Of a DNA stretch of 47,910 nucleotides, positions 1 to 8,514 are shown piece after piece. Both the position numbers and the translations under genes were made by a program. The stretch is from a virus. Within the stretch, counting starts at the first letter, position 1; each line of letters starts with the position of its first letter. The stretch lies in the UHGV virus genome UHGV-1380528. One strand, 5' to 3'. The notes under the pieces are model-generated. The model did no database searches. It saw only the letters and a program-made list of their open reading frames with translations, and was not told where the DNA came from.

Positions 1-180
1 GTCGTCCACTTCGCGCCAGTAATCCTTCGTTACCAGTGCGGTGGCGTTCACGCCGTATTCTTTCGCCAGAGCGTTTTCACCATTGATGAAAACCTTGCGG
101 TCAACGGTCAGGTGGCGCCACTGCTCTCTAACCACCTGCGAGTTGGTGATCAGGCCTTTCGTAAAGATAATCTTTTCCAT
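1..180 (-). CDS. major capsid protein, N-terminal 60 codons; gene runs off the window start and is in frame with 47002..47910 if the sequence is circular
   Basis: ATG at 180..178 with GGAG RBS 8 nt upstream; open to position 1 (MEKIIFTKGLITNSQVVREQWRHL...); directly downstream of decoration gene on minus strand. Confidence 0.5.
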   Translation of the reverse strand, partial: MEKIIFTKGLITNSQVVREQWRHLTVDRKVFINGENALAKEYGVNATALVTKDYWREVDD

Positions 181-191
181 TGTTCGGCTCC

Positions 192-656
192 TTACGCCGC
201 AGGCATTGCAGCATTGCCAGCACGACGAACTGCAACGAGTTCAGCGCCATCAGATGCTACGGTGTAGGCTTCATACGCATAAAACAGGATATTTTCTCCT
301 GCTTCTGCAACCTTTAACGCGCCGGAGCCATTGCTTGCCAGCGGAGTACCTTTTACCAGCGCGGAGGATGCCGCAACCAGAGCGTGATACGTTACGCCAA
401 ATTCGCATTGCACTGCCATGCCGGTAGCATTTGCCGGTACAGCTTCGCTCACGTCGCCGCCGCCAACATAGTTGTGTTGCAGAACGTAAGGGAAGCCCTG
501 ACCACCAGCAGTCGCATGCGCGATGATTTTGTCAGAGGAGTTGAAATCGACCAGCGCGCCAGGTTGCAGAGCGACGTTCATAAGCCCTTCGCGCAACTGC
601 GGGTCGTTTTTGCGGGCCGGGCCGCCGATGATGGTGCCATAACGGATAGTAGCCAT
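192..656 (-). CDS. head decoration protein (Gly/Ala-rich, gpD-like)
   Basis: 154 aa Gly/Ala-rich protein between protease-scaffold and capsid genes; stop overlaps upstream gene start. Confidence 0.45.
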   Translation of the reverse strand: MATIRYGTIIGGPARKNDPQLREGLMNVALQPGALVDFNSSDKIIAHATAGGQGFPYVLQHNYVGGGDVSEAVPANATGMAVQCEFGVTYHALVAASSALVKGTPLASNGSGALKVAEAGENILFYAYEAYTVASDGAELVAVRRAGNAAMPAA

Positions 657-2059
657 TATTCAGGTGCCTCCATATCAAAATCTTCTTCGGCACGGTTCGG
701 CTGGAACCCACCGGAAATCGGAGCCGCTTTACTGGTCAGCGCATAGGTTTCACGCAGCGCTTCGCCAGTCAGCGCATTCACAGCGGATTCCGGTAGCTTC
801 AGCTCAGCCATAATGGTGGCGCGCATTGCGGTTTCTTCCTGTGCGGCATTGGCTTGCAGTTGTTCGCGCAGAGTTTTGTTTTGCGCCTCCACATCGGCCA
901 GTTTCTGGTTGACTGCGGTCAACGATTCCTGAACCGGCTTGAGGGCATCGGCTAATGCAGCCTGTAATTCCTCGTTAGTCATTGAGATTTCCCCTTGAGT
1001 TGTTTTTACCGGTTCAAGCTCTGTCTTATAAACAGCCTTAACCCGTTCACCGACTAATTGTACCACATCATTTATAATAACGTAGGACTGCATATACTTG
1101 ACGCCATCAATCTCAACGCCAAACTTATCATCATAAACAGCAAACACAAAAGGCCAGCTATCCTGGGATAACTCCTCTTTTATTTTTCCACGTATCTGAT
1201 CGGCAATCTCATCAAATGACAGGTCACTATTTCTGGTGATGTAGTTGATGGCACGCTGCCACCATTTGATTTTGTTTGCACTTTCGTCTGGCATTGCCGA
1301 TTCCTCAAGGTTAACTACAACACGCTCAATGTCTTCGCCGTTAGCAGCAAAGATACCGACACCATCAGCAGGGCCGCCAGCACCGGGAATACCAGGCGGA
1401 AGAATGGCAAGGTGGTCCCACTCCATATTACGGGCAATCCAGGAATATTTTTTGCCCTTAGAAGTTCCCGACGCCTGCTCACGGTTGAGTAGCAGACCGG
1501 TAGACACCTGAACAGGTTCAGCATCGGCGCTGTTAACTTTGAGTCCATCAATACGCGACAGCAATTCCCGGCCCTTACCAGAGCGCTCAGCCACCACCTT
1601 ATTAATATAAAGGTCTACCAGCGCCTTGCTGCCGTCATGAGATGAGTTCTCAATCCATGCACCAACGCTGAACTGATTGGCTGCTCGCGTCATGTTTGCT
1701 GACACATATTTGCCATCAATCTTCGGGTGGTCATATGGCGCCGGTTTCCCGTCAAGACCATGGAATGACTTTTTAATCTCATCGCCAGGGTACAGGCCGC
1801 CATTCATGACAATATCATCCACCACCGGCACAACATTCTTGATGACATAATGCGGGTCGCCATCAATGATTTTTTCACTGATATTGCTGGCTGAGTTGAT
1901 GGTATACAGGATGTTAACCTGTAGTTTATTATTCATGTGCTTGAATGCCTCCACCTCAGCAAGGCGCTTTTTCGCCGCCTCTTCGGTGTCGTACTCGCCA
2001 AACTGGTGCGAGCCATCCTTAGATTTAACGACCCACTTGTCGCCAATTTTGACAATCAT
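656..2059 (-). CDS. prohead protease / scaffolding fusion protein
   Basis: 467 aa; sits between head morphogenesis and decoration/capsid genes; C-terminal coiled-coil ([19 protein letters not shown]...[13 protein letters not shown]) typical of scaffold. Confidence 0.5.
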   Translation of the reverse strand: MIVKIGDKWVVKSKDGSHQFGEYDTEEAAKKRLAEVEAFKHMNNKLQVNILYTINSASNISEKIIDGDPHYVIKNVVPVVDDIVMNGGLYPGDEIKKSFHGLDGKPAPYDHPKIDGKYVSANMTRAANQFSVGAWIENSSHDGSKALVDLYINKVVAERSGKGRELLSRIDGLKVNSADAEPVQVSTGLLLNREQASGTSKGKKYSWIARNMEWDHLAILPPGIPGAGGPADGVGIFAANGEDIERVVVNLEESAMPDESANKIKWWQRAINYITRNSDLSFDEIADQIRGKIKEELSQDSWPFVFAVYDDKFGVEIDGVKYMQSYVIINDVVQLVGERVKAVYKTELEPVKTTQGEISMTNEELQAALADALKPVQESLTAVNQKLADVEAQNKTLREQLQANAAQEETAMRATIMAELKLPESAVNALTGEALRETYALTSKAAPISGGFQPNRAEEDFDMEAPE

Positions 2060-2074
2060 GACATTTCTCCGCGC

Positions 2075-2197
2075 TTACTTTATGCCCGGATTATAACACA
2101 CCATGAATATGCACCACGAAACGGACGCGAGAAGGTAAAGCGGAGATGCGGTAAAAGCGAAAAGAGTAGCAAAGAATGATATCAGTATGATTGGCAT
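2075..2197 (-). CDS. small hydrophobic peptide (40 aa, MPIILISFFATLFAFTASPLYLLASVSWCIFMVCYNPGIK)
   Basis: AGGAGG RBS 8 nt upstream of ATG at 2197; not in 60-aa ORF track; lies just upstream of protease-scaffold gene. Confidence 0.3.
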   Translation of the reverse strand: MPIILISFFATLFAFTASPLYLLASVSWCIFMVCYNPGIK

Positions 2198-2241
2198 GGC
2201 TGCTACCTCCTGAGTGCAAGGTAACAGCCACGGAAGAGAAT

Positions 2242-2586
2242 TTATTGAGGACTATTCTTATTTAACATTCCGCAGTTAACTTTTGCGCGGTTTACGGCAT
2301 CCATGAATTTACCGACAGGCATCGTTTTGCGGATTTCAGCCAGAATGGCGCCGTGCAACATTCTTTCTTCGCCGTAGTAGAGCTTATCAAGGCGAGTGCG
2401 AACCAGCGCGCGGGTGCGCTGCATATGTCCCTTTGCCTTCATAGCCTTCTCTCTCCATACCTTATTTCCATTCTGATTGCCAGCAAGCTGGCGCTCGATA
2501 GCCTCAATTTCAAAGGCAAGCGTCATATCAATGTCATCCAGTTCGCTGATTGTTGCTTCCATGATTTCGTTAAGTTGTAGTTTCAT
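2242..2586 (-). CDS. hypothetical protein (114 aa)
   Basis: ORF in minus-strand small-gene run; stop overlaps next gene. Confidence 0.4.
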   Translation of the reverse strand: MKLQLNEIMEATISELDDIDMTLAFEIEAIERQLAGNQNGNKVWREKAMKAKGHMQRTRALVRTRLDKLYYGEERMLHGAILAEIRKTMPVGKFMDAVNRAKVNCGMLNKNSPQ

Positions 2587-2921
2587 ACTTTCACCTTTAA
2601 TCCATGTTTAGTTAATTCAGATACAACATCATTCTGATCACACAGCAATAGATGCATCTTGCTCAAGTCGACTACTATTTCTTCGCGTGATGATTGCCAA
2701 CCAGACCATACGGCTCTTGTAAGCTCAGAAACGTAGACTCCATTTTCAAACACTGCTAATCCGCCATTTACCAACCCGTTTCTGCATTGGTGCTCAAACC
2801 GCTCTCTACTCGTCATCTTCACTTCCTCCACTATCCACCCCATCTCTCTACGATTATTAGCCGTGCTTTCACAATTGGTGACAAACAGCACGGTTCCTGA
2901 TTTATGCTTTACCGCCCACAT
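2583..2921 (-). CDS. hypothetical protein (112 aa)
   Basis: ORF translationally coupled to neighbours. Confidence 0.4.
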   Translation of the reverse strand: MWAVKHKSGTVLFVTNCESTANNRREMGWIVEEVKMTSRERFEHQCRNGLVNGGLAVFENGVYVSELTRAVWSGWQSSREEIVVDLSKMHLLLCDQNDVVSELTKHGLKVKV

Positions 2922-3397
2922 GACTGACGCGCCCCAGCAAGCAACTTCTCAAACATCATCCTGTCACGGCTCATGCCAAACGGGATAATCTCCTGCCAGT
3001 AATACTTCCATGCTCCGCCGGGGAGCATTTCGCGGTCAACCTGACCAATGCTTGACAGATAGCGCATGCGTGCCTTGAGGATGGTGTAGCTCACGCCAAT
3101 GGCGGATGATATCTGTTTGCTTTTGCTGCCCGGGTGCGCCTCAAGATACGTCTGAATTGCCAAATCGAGCGCGGTATTATCGGGATTGAGGAAATACTTA
3201 AAGCAGCGCCTGCCATAACTGACGCTTTCCTCTTTAATAATAAATCCCATGCTCTCCAGCTCAATCAGATAACCAGTAACACTGGCTCGGTTTGTCATGC
3301 CAGTCTGCTTGCGTATCATGGCATTGGTTGCACCGCCGCAGCGCTCTATCACCGTGAGTATTTGCGTTTTAAAGTCCATTTGCGCGCTCCATTGCAT
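2909..3397 (-). CDS. winged-helix DNA-binding protein (MarR-like); start uncertain (3379/3397/3481)
   Basis: TQILTVIERCGGATNAMIRKQTGMTNRASVTGYLIELESMGFII wHTH-like segment; ORF track start at 3481 overlaps the Lar gene so an internal Met is more likely. Confidence 0.4.
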   Translation of the reverse strand: MQWSAQMDFKTQILTVIERCGGATNAMIRKQTGMTNRASVTGYLIELESMGFIIKEESVSYGRRCFKYFLNPDNTALDLAIQTYLEAHPGSKSKQISSAIGVSYTILKARMRYLSSIGQVDREMLPGGAWKYYWQEIIPFGMSRDRMMFEKLLAGARQSCGR

Positions 3398-3605
3398 CTT
3401 GCTTGTGGTCATCAGCAGTGTAGAGGTGGCCATTTCTGGTATTCCATTTAATGATTGCTGTCGCCGCAACCATCCAGTCATCAGTACGGCAGCCGCAATC
3501 CTGGCATACTACAAAATGCCATTGCCCATCCTTGCTCCGCATGGAATTTTCGCTACCGCAAAACGGACACTCTAGTAATTTCTCATCATTCATCATTGGT
3601 TTCAT
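3369..3605 (-). CDS. lar: Lar-family restriction alleviation protein (zinc ribbon)
   Basis: 78 aa with CPFCG...(x16)...VVCQDCGCRT motif matching Lar family (Rac prophage Lar-like) pattern. Confidence 0.55.
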   Translation of the reverse strand: MKPMMNDEKLLECPFCGSENSMRSKDGQWHFVVCQDCGCRTDDWMVAATAIIKWNTRNGHLYTADDHKQDAMERANGL

Positions 3606-3826
3606 TTTCTCAGCCCATTAATAATAAAAAATTTCATCTGGATATCACAAAGTTTACGCAAAACCATATCCCTGCGATAATCTCGCTTTTTCTTGGGGTT
3701 CAGCATTTGCTTCAACGTTCTGCGGTCAGGCTGGTTTTTCTGCCACGCATGCCTTGCGTTGTCTTCCCTGATGTCAGCCATGATTAACTGAAGCAACGTG
3801 CTGGCCTTGCTCATTTCGCCACCCAT
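3602..3826 (-). CDS. hypothetical basic protein (74 aa)
   Basis: ATGA overlap with lar start. Confidence 0.35.
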   Translation of the reverse strand: MGGEMSKASTLLQLIMADIREDNARHAWQKNQPDRRTLKQMLNPKKKRDYRRDMVLRKLCDIQMKFFIINGLRK

Positions 3827-4002
3827 TCACCAATATTGCTGAAATGCGGGCGCCCCTCGCGCCATTCGATAATTTCGCGGTTAACCTGCCGTTGCATGCG
3901 GTTGCGAACCTCGCGCAATTCGCTTTCAACCCATGATCGAGTGCGGTCGATTTCTTCCAGCTTGTTCAGCAACTCTTTTTCGTATACCTGATCAGTATTC
4001 AT
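3811..4002 (-). CDS. hypothetical protein (63 aa)
   Basis: ORF, coupled. Confidence 0.35.
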   Translation of the reverse strand: MNTDQVYEKELLNKLEEIDRTRSWVESELREVRNRMQRQVNREIIEWREGRPHFSNIGEWVAK

Positions 4003-4234
4003 TTTTTCTCTCCATCAGCATTTTGTAGTGAACTCCATAATACTTGAGCACCTGACTATGGTTGTGCAGATACCCGTCATCATCTTCAATCGGAAGTCTT
4101 ACCACGATGTAAAACGCCCGGTAGAGTTCTGTCCATCCATGACAACATTTGCGCTTCCTCAGCTTCATGGGCGGCCTCCATAGCAGCCAGGTCAATGCGC
4201 TGCTCGATAGATTTAATGATTGACTCTGGCACAT
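3992..4234 (-). CDS. hypothetical protein; overlaps 4086..4302 in another frame (possible frameshift)
   Basis: ORF track; internal Met MKLRKRK at about 4168. Confidence 0.25.
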   Translation of the reverse strand: MCQSQSLNLSSSALTWLLWRPPMKLRKRKCCHGWTELYRAFYIVVRLPIEDDDGYLHNHSQVLKYYGVHYKMLMERKNEY

Positions 4235-4302
4235 TAAGCATTTGCAGAGTCTCCCGGCAATCGCGCTTATGAACCTCTGTCACCTCCTGCCACTTCTTCA
4301 TT
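4086..4302 (-). CDS. hypothetical protein (71 aa, MKKWQEVTEVHKRD...)
   Basis: Internal Met of ORF 4086..4421; first gene leftward of divergent promoter region 4303..4396. Confidence 0.3.
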
Positions 4303-4355
4303 CCACACCACTCCTCGCAAATATGATACAATCTACAACACCTAGTATTGACTAA

Positions 4356-4368
4356 TTGACGTAGATTA
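4356..4368 (+). promoter_or_regulatory. conserved phage promoter-like motif TTGACGTAGATTA
   Basis: Member of 10-copy motif family; 28 nt upstream of ATG 4397; inverted partial copy caatctaca at 4329..4337. Confidence 0.5.
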
Positions 4369-4396
4369 GTCAAGATGATTTCACAGGAGAGCGACA

Positions 4397-4597
4397 ATGG
4401 CGAGACAACGCAAAGAACCACTGGAAGTATTGACTGAGATTATCGCTAAGCGCCAGCCGTTAAGCCTGCGAGATGTCAGATATTACGCGCACTGCTATGT
4501 AGCAATGCGGGAATGGAGCGCCGAAGAAATGTATGCGTTTGTGCGCGAGCATTTCAGCGTAGATGAGAAAAACAAAGTTACGTTGAGAGGTGAGTAA
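4397..4597 (+). CDS. hypothetical protein (66 aa)
   Basis: GGAG RBS; first gene of plus-strand island. Confidence 0.45.
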   Translation: MARQRKEPLEVLTEIIAKRQPLSLRDVRYYAHCYVAMREWSAEEMYAFVREHFSVDEKNKVTLRGE

Positions 4598-5064
4598 TGA
4601 AATACAAATACCATAAAGGAAGTGAAGCTGATTTTGACGGCCATCCAGGCGCCATTCTTGTTGTGAAATCAGAATCCACCGGCAGGGTATACCATCTCGG
4701 TTTGGATTACGCAGGCCGGGATAAGGATATCGAAAAGGTTGGCGACATTATTATCGCTCATCGTGAGCTGGAGCCCGACCCATGGATGCTATTTGAATCC
4801 CCCACAGGACGCCTCATCACCGAGCGCGGAAGCCGCTATGGCAAATTCAAAGACGGCGCGGATATCATGCAGTCACTGAAAGACACCATGCGTGACGTTG
4901 ACGGCTGGAACAACCTGACGGCAAGTCAGAAGGAAGCTCTCGACATGATTCAGCATAAAATCGGTCGAATCCTGAATGGCGACCCGACATACGACGATAG
5001 CTGGAAAGACATTGCTGGCTATGCAACATTAATTGTTAATGAACTGAATGGGGAGGCAAAGTGA
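4597..5064 (+). CDS. hypothetical protein (155 aa)
   Basis: ATGA overlap with upstream gene. Confidence 0.5.
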   Translation: MKYKYHKGSEADFDGHPGAILVVKSESTGRVYHLGLDYAGRDKDIEKVGDIIIAHRELEPDPWMLFESPTGRLITERGSRYGKFKDGADIMQSLKDTMRDVDGWNNLTASQKEALDMIQHKIGRILNGDPTYDDSWKDIAGYATLIVNELNGEAK

Positions 5065-5276
5065 TGCCAATACAAGACCCCGTGCCGCGCATTGAAATTG
5101 ACATGGTAGAGTTACAGGAAACTGCGCAGCGCGATTATCACCTCCCGAGGTTCAGCGAACCAGCAGCCTACATCATCACCAGCAATCGTGGGCGCCGCTA
5201 TCTAGCGTTTGCTGGTAGTGTTGAGCATCAGAACGCAGTTATGTTTGGGTATAAAATGAGGGCTTTATATGAGTAA
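5061..5276 (+). CDS. hypothetical protein (71 aa); C-terminal MFGYKMRALYE duplicated at 5523..5558
   Basis: ORF; overlapping stop/start with neighbours. Confidence 0.45.
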   Translation: MMPIQDPVPRIEIDMVELQETAQRDYHLPRFSEPAAYIITSNRGRRYLAFAGSVEHQNAVMFGYKMRALYE

Positions 5277-5508
5277 CGAAAAGACCGTAAAAGAAATGCA
5301 AAGTGATGAGCGCATCTATTTGCATCTCAGAACCGAGGGTCACGGCGTTTACCTGTTTGACCAACATGGCCGCCGGCTTGGTTGCGTGCAAAGTCAGCAA
5401 ATCAACACTAAATTTGGTGATGTAATAACAGCAACCGTTACCATCGAACTAGCATCGCCAGAATCGGAGGTTGGAGGTAAGCGAGCCTGCGCCACTCATG
5501 GGCATTAA
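5269..5508 (+). CDS. hypothetical protein (79 aa)
   Basis: ORF. Confidence 0.45.
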   Translation: MSNEKTVKEMQSDERIYLHLRTEGHGVYLFDQHGRRLGCVQSQQINTKFGDVITATVTIELASPESEVGGKRACATHGH

Positions 5509-5566
5509 ATAAAACGCGACCATGTTTGGGTATGAAATGAAACCACTGTATGAGTGAGGTGTAAAA

Positions 5567-5821
5567 ATGTCTTTAAGCTTTGGTGAGGCCTTGGAGGAGA
5601 TGGGAATTGGATGCAAGGTAGCAAGAAATGGGTGGAATGGAAAGGGTATGTTCCTGTTCATGATAGCAGGAGGGGCATGGGACTTTGAGTGCGATATTGA
5701 TGGGGTTGACGGGCTTAATACGCTACCTTTTATCTGCATGAAAACGGCTGATGGGAAACTGGTGCCATGGCTGGCAAGCCAAACCGATATGATCGCTAGC
5801 GACTGGATGGTTATTGGTTGA
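5567..5821 (+). CDS. DUF2829 / Tad2-like protein (candidate Thoeris anti-defence, gcADPR sponge)
   Basis: 84 aa; N-terminus MSLSFGEALEEMGIGCKVARNGWNGKGMFLF matches my recollection of the DUF2829 signature (FGEAL..G.KVaR.GWNGKG); GAGGTG RBS; followed by intrinsic terminator. Confidence 0.45.
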   Translation: MSLSFGEALEEMGIGCKVARNGWNGKGMFLFMIAGGAWDFECDIDGVDGLNTLPFICMKTADGKLVPWLASQTDMIASDWMVIG

Positions 5822-5825
5822 CAGA

Positions 5826-5852
5826 AAAGCCCCTTTACGGGGCTTTTTTATT
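5826..5852 (+). terminator. rho-independent terminator
   Basis: agcccctttacggggct hairpin followed by TTTTTT. Confidence 0.7.
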
Positions 5853-5862
5853 ACGGAGGGAG

Positions 5863-5891
5863 TTGACGCAGGGAAAGGTTGTTGCTACTAT
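5863..5891 (+). promoter_or_regulatory. sigma70-like promoter TTGACG-17-TACTAT
   Basis: -35 TTGACG 5863..5868, -10 TACTAT 5886..5891, between two terminators. Confidence 0.4.
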
Positions 5892-5897
5892 TACCTT

Positions 5898-6003
5898 GTT
5901 TAAAAGTAACGACAACGTGAACTTCGGTACATGTTTTCGGGCAGCAGTCGGCGATTCGCACTCGCTGATTCATAAGAAAACCCCTCAATTGAGGGGTTTT
6001 TTA
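5898..6003 (+). ncRNA. candidate small RNA (about 100 nt) between promoter and terminator
   Basis: Promoter at 5863..5891 and intrinsic terminator 5977..6005 bracket about 100 nt with only a 14-codon ORF. Confidence 0.3.
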
Positions 6004-6005
6004 TT
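5977..6005. terminator. bidirectional rho-independent terminator
   Basis: cccctcaattgagggg hairpin flanked by A-run and T-run. Confidence 0.65.
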
Positions 6006-6482
6006 ACTCAGAGAATTGTATTGCGCCTGACAAGTCAATCCTGCCTCTCTTGCTGAGTCAGCATATTCTGCCAGTTGTCTGTTTCTTTCGACAGATTTTC
6101 TGAGCACGTCGGCAAGCAAAACTCCGGTGTTTGAGGCTGGATTGCCAATGGACTCAGAGCGGGAATAATCGACGAGCTGCTTTCTGATTGTGGCGAGCTG
6201 TTGCTGCAACCTGCCAGACTTAACAGCAGCAGCGGAAGCATCAGCACGCGCGGCATCAATGCGGCCTTGCGCTTCCTGCTCGATGGTCTTTTTGTCTTGC
6301 TCATGTTGTTCGCTTGCCTCTTTGTCTTTGACCTTCTGCGCCTCCACGGCTGCCAGATATCCAGAGTTATACTTCTCCTTTCCGTAATTGACCCACTTTC
6401 CGTAGATAATCAGCGCCAGAAGTGCGACGCCGATAATGGCCGCAACAACCTTCCAGTTAGCCTTGAGGATTTGCAGAATCAT
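5985..6482 (-). CDS. i-spanin (Rz-like)
   Basis: 165 aa; N-terminal TM (VVAAIIGVALLALIIYG) plus periplasmic coiled-coil; downstream of endolysin; contains embedded +1 frame lipoprotein gene. Confidence 0.6.
   Translation of the reverse strand: MILQILKANWKVVAAIIGVALLALIIYGKWVNYGKEKYNSGYLAAVEAQKVKDKEASEQHEQDKKTIEQEAQGRIDAARADASAAAVKSGRLQQQLATIRKQLVDYSRSESIGNPASNTGVLLADVLRKSVERNRQLAEYADSAREAGLTCQAQYNSLSNKKPLN
6035..6256 (-). CDS. o-spanin (Rz1-like lipoprotein) embedded in Rz gene
   Basis: MPRVLMLPLLLLSLAGC signal peptide with lipobox; Pro-rich; entirely within i-spanin ORF in another frame. Confidence 0.55.
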   Translation of the reverse strand: MPRVLMLPLLLLSLAGCSNSSPQSESSSSIIPALSPLAIQPQTPEFCLPTCSENLSKETDNWQNMLTQQERQD

Positions 6483-6702
6483 TTTTCAGCGCCTTATTCT
6501 CTTTCTTCATGCCGTGCATCTTCGCAAGCATGGAGATGACCAGCACGGAGTAGCTGATCGCCTTGACCGTAAATGGCGGCAATGCGCTCTTGAGGTCATC
6601 AGGCATCATCATCCAGACCTGCATCGCCACGTCAGGAAATACCTGGAGGGCTGAGCATATTGCCATCCAGATACCGATAAGCCAGTTAGTTAGGCGCCTC
6701 AT
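6457..6702 (-). CDS. two-TM membrane protein, holin/antiholin candidate
   Basis: 81 aa with two predicted TM helices; start overlaps endolysin stop; between endolysin and spanins. Confidence 0.4.
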   Translation of the reverse strand: MRRLTNWLIGIWMAICSALQVFPDVAMQVWMMMPDDLKSALPPFTVKAISYSVLVISMLAKMHGMKKENKALKNDSANPQG

Positions 6703-7133
6703 GACATATAGACCTGACGCTCTGCCGCTCTGCGCTTGGTCAGTCCGTTCATGACCTTGCCATTAGCGCGGTTCCATACCCGGAACTGGTCGGCGGCGCA
6801 GGTATAGCAGCGGGCGTTATGCTTTTTCAGCAGAGTTGATTTGCCAAAGTTACCAAGGCCGATGTTATAGGCCAGCGACACCATTGCATCAAATTGGCCT
6901 TGGGTGGTTGGGGCGGTGATGAGTGACGAAACGCCGCTTTCAAATTTCGCTACGTCGTCACGCAGCATCTTTTCCGCTTGCTGTGCGGTGATAACCATGC
7001 CTGGCTTAACGCCTTTGGTTGTACCGTAACCGATAGTCCAAGGCGCTCCGCCAGTAGCCGGGTCTGGATATGCCTTCGAGCTGTAACCCTCGAATTGTTT
7101 AATTAAATCAATTCCGCGCTGCGATAGTTTCAT
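6699..7133 (-). CDS. endolysin, T4-lysozyme-like (GH24)
   Basis: 144 aa; GIDLIKQFEGYSSKAYPD...TIGYGTT lysozyme motifs. Confidence 0.8.
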   Translation of the reverse strand: MKLSQRGIDLIKQFEGYSSKAYPDPATGGAPWTIGYGTTKGVKPGMVITAQQAEKMLRDDVAKFESGVSSLITAPTTQGQFDAMVSLAYNIGLGNFGKSTLLKKHNARCYTCAADQFRVWNRANGKVMNGLTKRRAAERQVYMS

Positions 7134-7184
7134 TTGTTACCTCCGGTGATGCAGATTATTTTATCATAATCCTATTGACGTAGA

Positions 7185-7197
7185 TTGAATCGTAGGA
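7185..7197 (+). promoter_or_regulatory. conserved promoter-like motif TTGACGTAGATTG
   Basis: 35 nt upstream of ATG 7232; second half-site gatgtagtt at 7211..7219. Confidence 0.5.
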
Positions 7198-7231
7198 GAT
7201 GATGTAGTTACACAAACACAGGGGATTCAAG

Positions 7232-7522
7232 ATGAAAAAATTTATCGCAGTGGCAGTATTCGCAATGGCTTCATTTGGTGCATCGGCTGGTGAAGTGTGC
7301 AACAAAGTTGGTGATGTTGGGTTCGCCGCGGCTGATGCTCGTGATTCCGGCGTACCTCAGAGCATAGCAATGGCGGTAGCACAAAGTCCTGAGTACGGTG
7401 TGGATGCCAACAAGGTGCTTGGTGCAACAGTGAAGATGGCCTACTCAATGCCGAACAAGACACCGAAAGAAATTAAAGCAATCACCATTGCTCTTTGCGT
7501 ATCAAGCATGGGTGACTTGTGA
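7232..7522 (+). CDS. secreted small protein (96 aa, Sec signal peptide)
   Basis: MKKFIAVAVFAMASFGASA signal peptide; first gene after motif. Confidence 0.5.
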   Translation: MKKFIAVAVFAMASFGASAGEVCNKVGDVGFAAADARDSGVPQSIAMAVAQSPEYGVDANKVLGATVKMAYSMPNKTPKEIKAITIALCVSSMGDL

Positions 7523-7653
7523 TGTGCCCGCGCCTGATGTTTAAGGCACGCAATCGCTACGTTAAGCTGGTGATGCGCGGCATGGATGAGCATGCAGCAT
7601 GGCTGAATGTTATGGGTGAACTGAAAAGTATTTATAACGGAGAGAAGAAATGA
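7522..7653 (+). CDS. small basic protein (43 aa)
   Basis: GTGATG start overlapping upstream stop; stop overlaps next ATG. Confidence 0.3.
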   Translation: MCPRLMFKARNRYVKLVMRGMDEHAAWLNVMGELKSIYNGEKK

Positions 7654-8513
7654 AGCTGATTGATATTTTGGTTGAAGAACTTCCGAAGCATGGCGGTTGG
7701 CCAAAGCGCGCAAATTGTATTACACAAGACCCTGATAAAAGAGTTGAGCCTGCAACATGTCTTCCACCTGTTGCGAAGTGTGACGACGATGGTTTTTGGT
7801 TTCTTGACTCGTCACGCATCGGTGGCTTCGAGGTTGACACCTTAGCCAGTGATCACACCACCGCAATCATCACCCGCGAACAGTACGAAGCCGCGCTGGC
7901 TGCCAAAAATGACGGCTGGATTGAGTGGGGCGGTGGTGAGTGTCCGGTTAGTGACAGCACGATAGTAGAAGTTCGCTATCGTAACGGAGAAGTTAAGGCT
8001 TCCGCCCCAGCTGATTTTTACGAATGGGGGCACGGGAGACCTCATTTTGTAACGACAGGCCGCGACATCATCGCCTACCGCCTGCACAAGCTGCAGGAAG
8101 CAGAGCAGGCCAAAGCGGATGACGAAGCCGATCTGAATGAGTTCATAGGACAGGATGCTGCGCCGGTTTGGAGTGGTGAAGGCCAGCCGCCGGTTGGTTG
8201 TGAGTGCGAGTTTATGAAACACACGCTTGATGCTATGCCCAACTGGCGTCGTGGCATCATTAAATATGTCAGCGAATATACAGTTGTGATTGTTGAGGCG
8301 CTATCTCCGGGAGAATTTGTCGCCCATCCTCGCACCTGCGATTTCCGCCCCACCCGCTCAGAAGCAGAGCGGAAGAGAGATGCGGCGGTTGAGGCTATTG
8401 ACCGTTACATGCCTGAATTTATCCCGGACACACCAAATGATTATTATAACGCAAAGAAAATATACGACGCCATCGCAGCAGGTAAAATCCCAGGCTTGAG
8501 GTTGGAGGATTAA
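7650..8513 (+). CDS. hypothetical protein (287 aa), no recognised domain
   Basis: Long ORF with RBS GGAGAGAAG; accessory island between lysis and head genes. Confidence 0.55.
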   Translation: MKLIDILVEELPKHGGWPKRANCITQDPDKRVEPATCLPPVAKCDDDGFWFLDSSRIGGFEVDTLASDHTTAIITREQYEAALAAKNDGWIEWGGGECPVSDSTIVEVRYRNGEVKASAPADFYEWGHGRPHFVTTGRDIIAYRLHKLQEAEQAKADDEADLNEFIGQDAAPVWSGEGQPPVGCECEFMKHTLDAMPNWRRGIIKYVSEYTVVIVEALSPGEFVAHPRTCDFRPTRSEAERKRDAAVEAIDRYMPEFIPDTPNDYYNAKKIYDAIAAGKIPGLRLED

Positions 8514-8514
8514 T

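Noticed and set aside
41-746. Plus-strand ORFs 41..427 and 384..746 overlapping the capsid and decoration genes
   Set aside because: Antisense to well-supported structural genes; no RBS; typical spurious ORFs
5818-6030. 70-aa ORF spanning two terminators
   Set aside because: No RBS; runs through stable hairpins; a promoter, short RNA and terminator explanation is preferred
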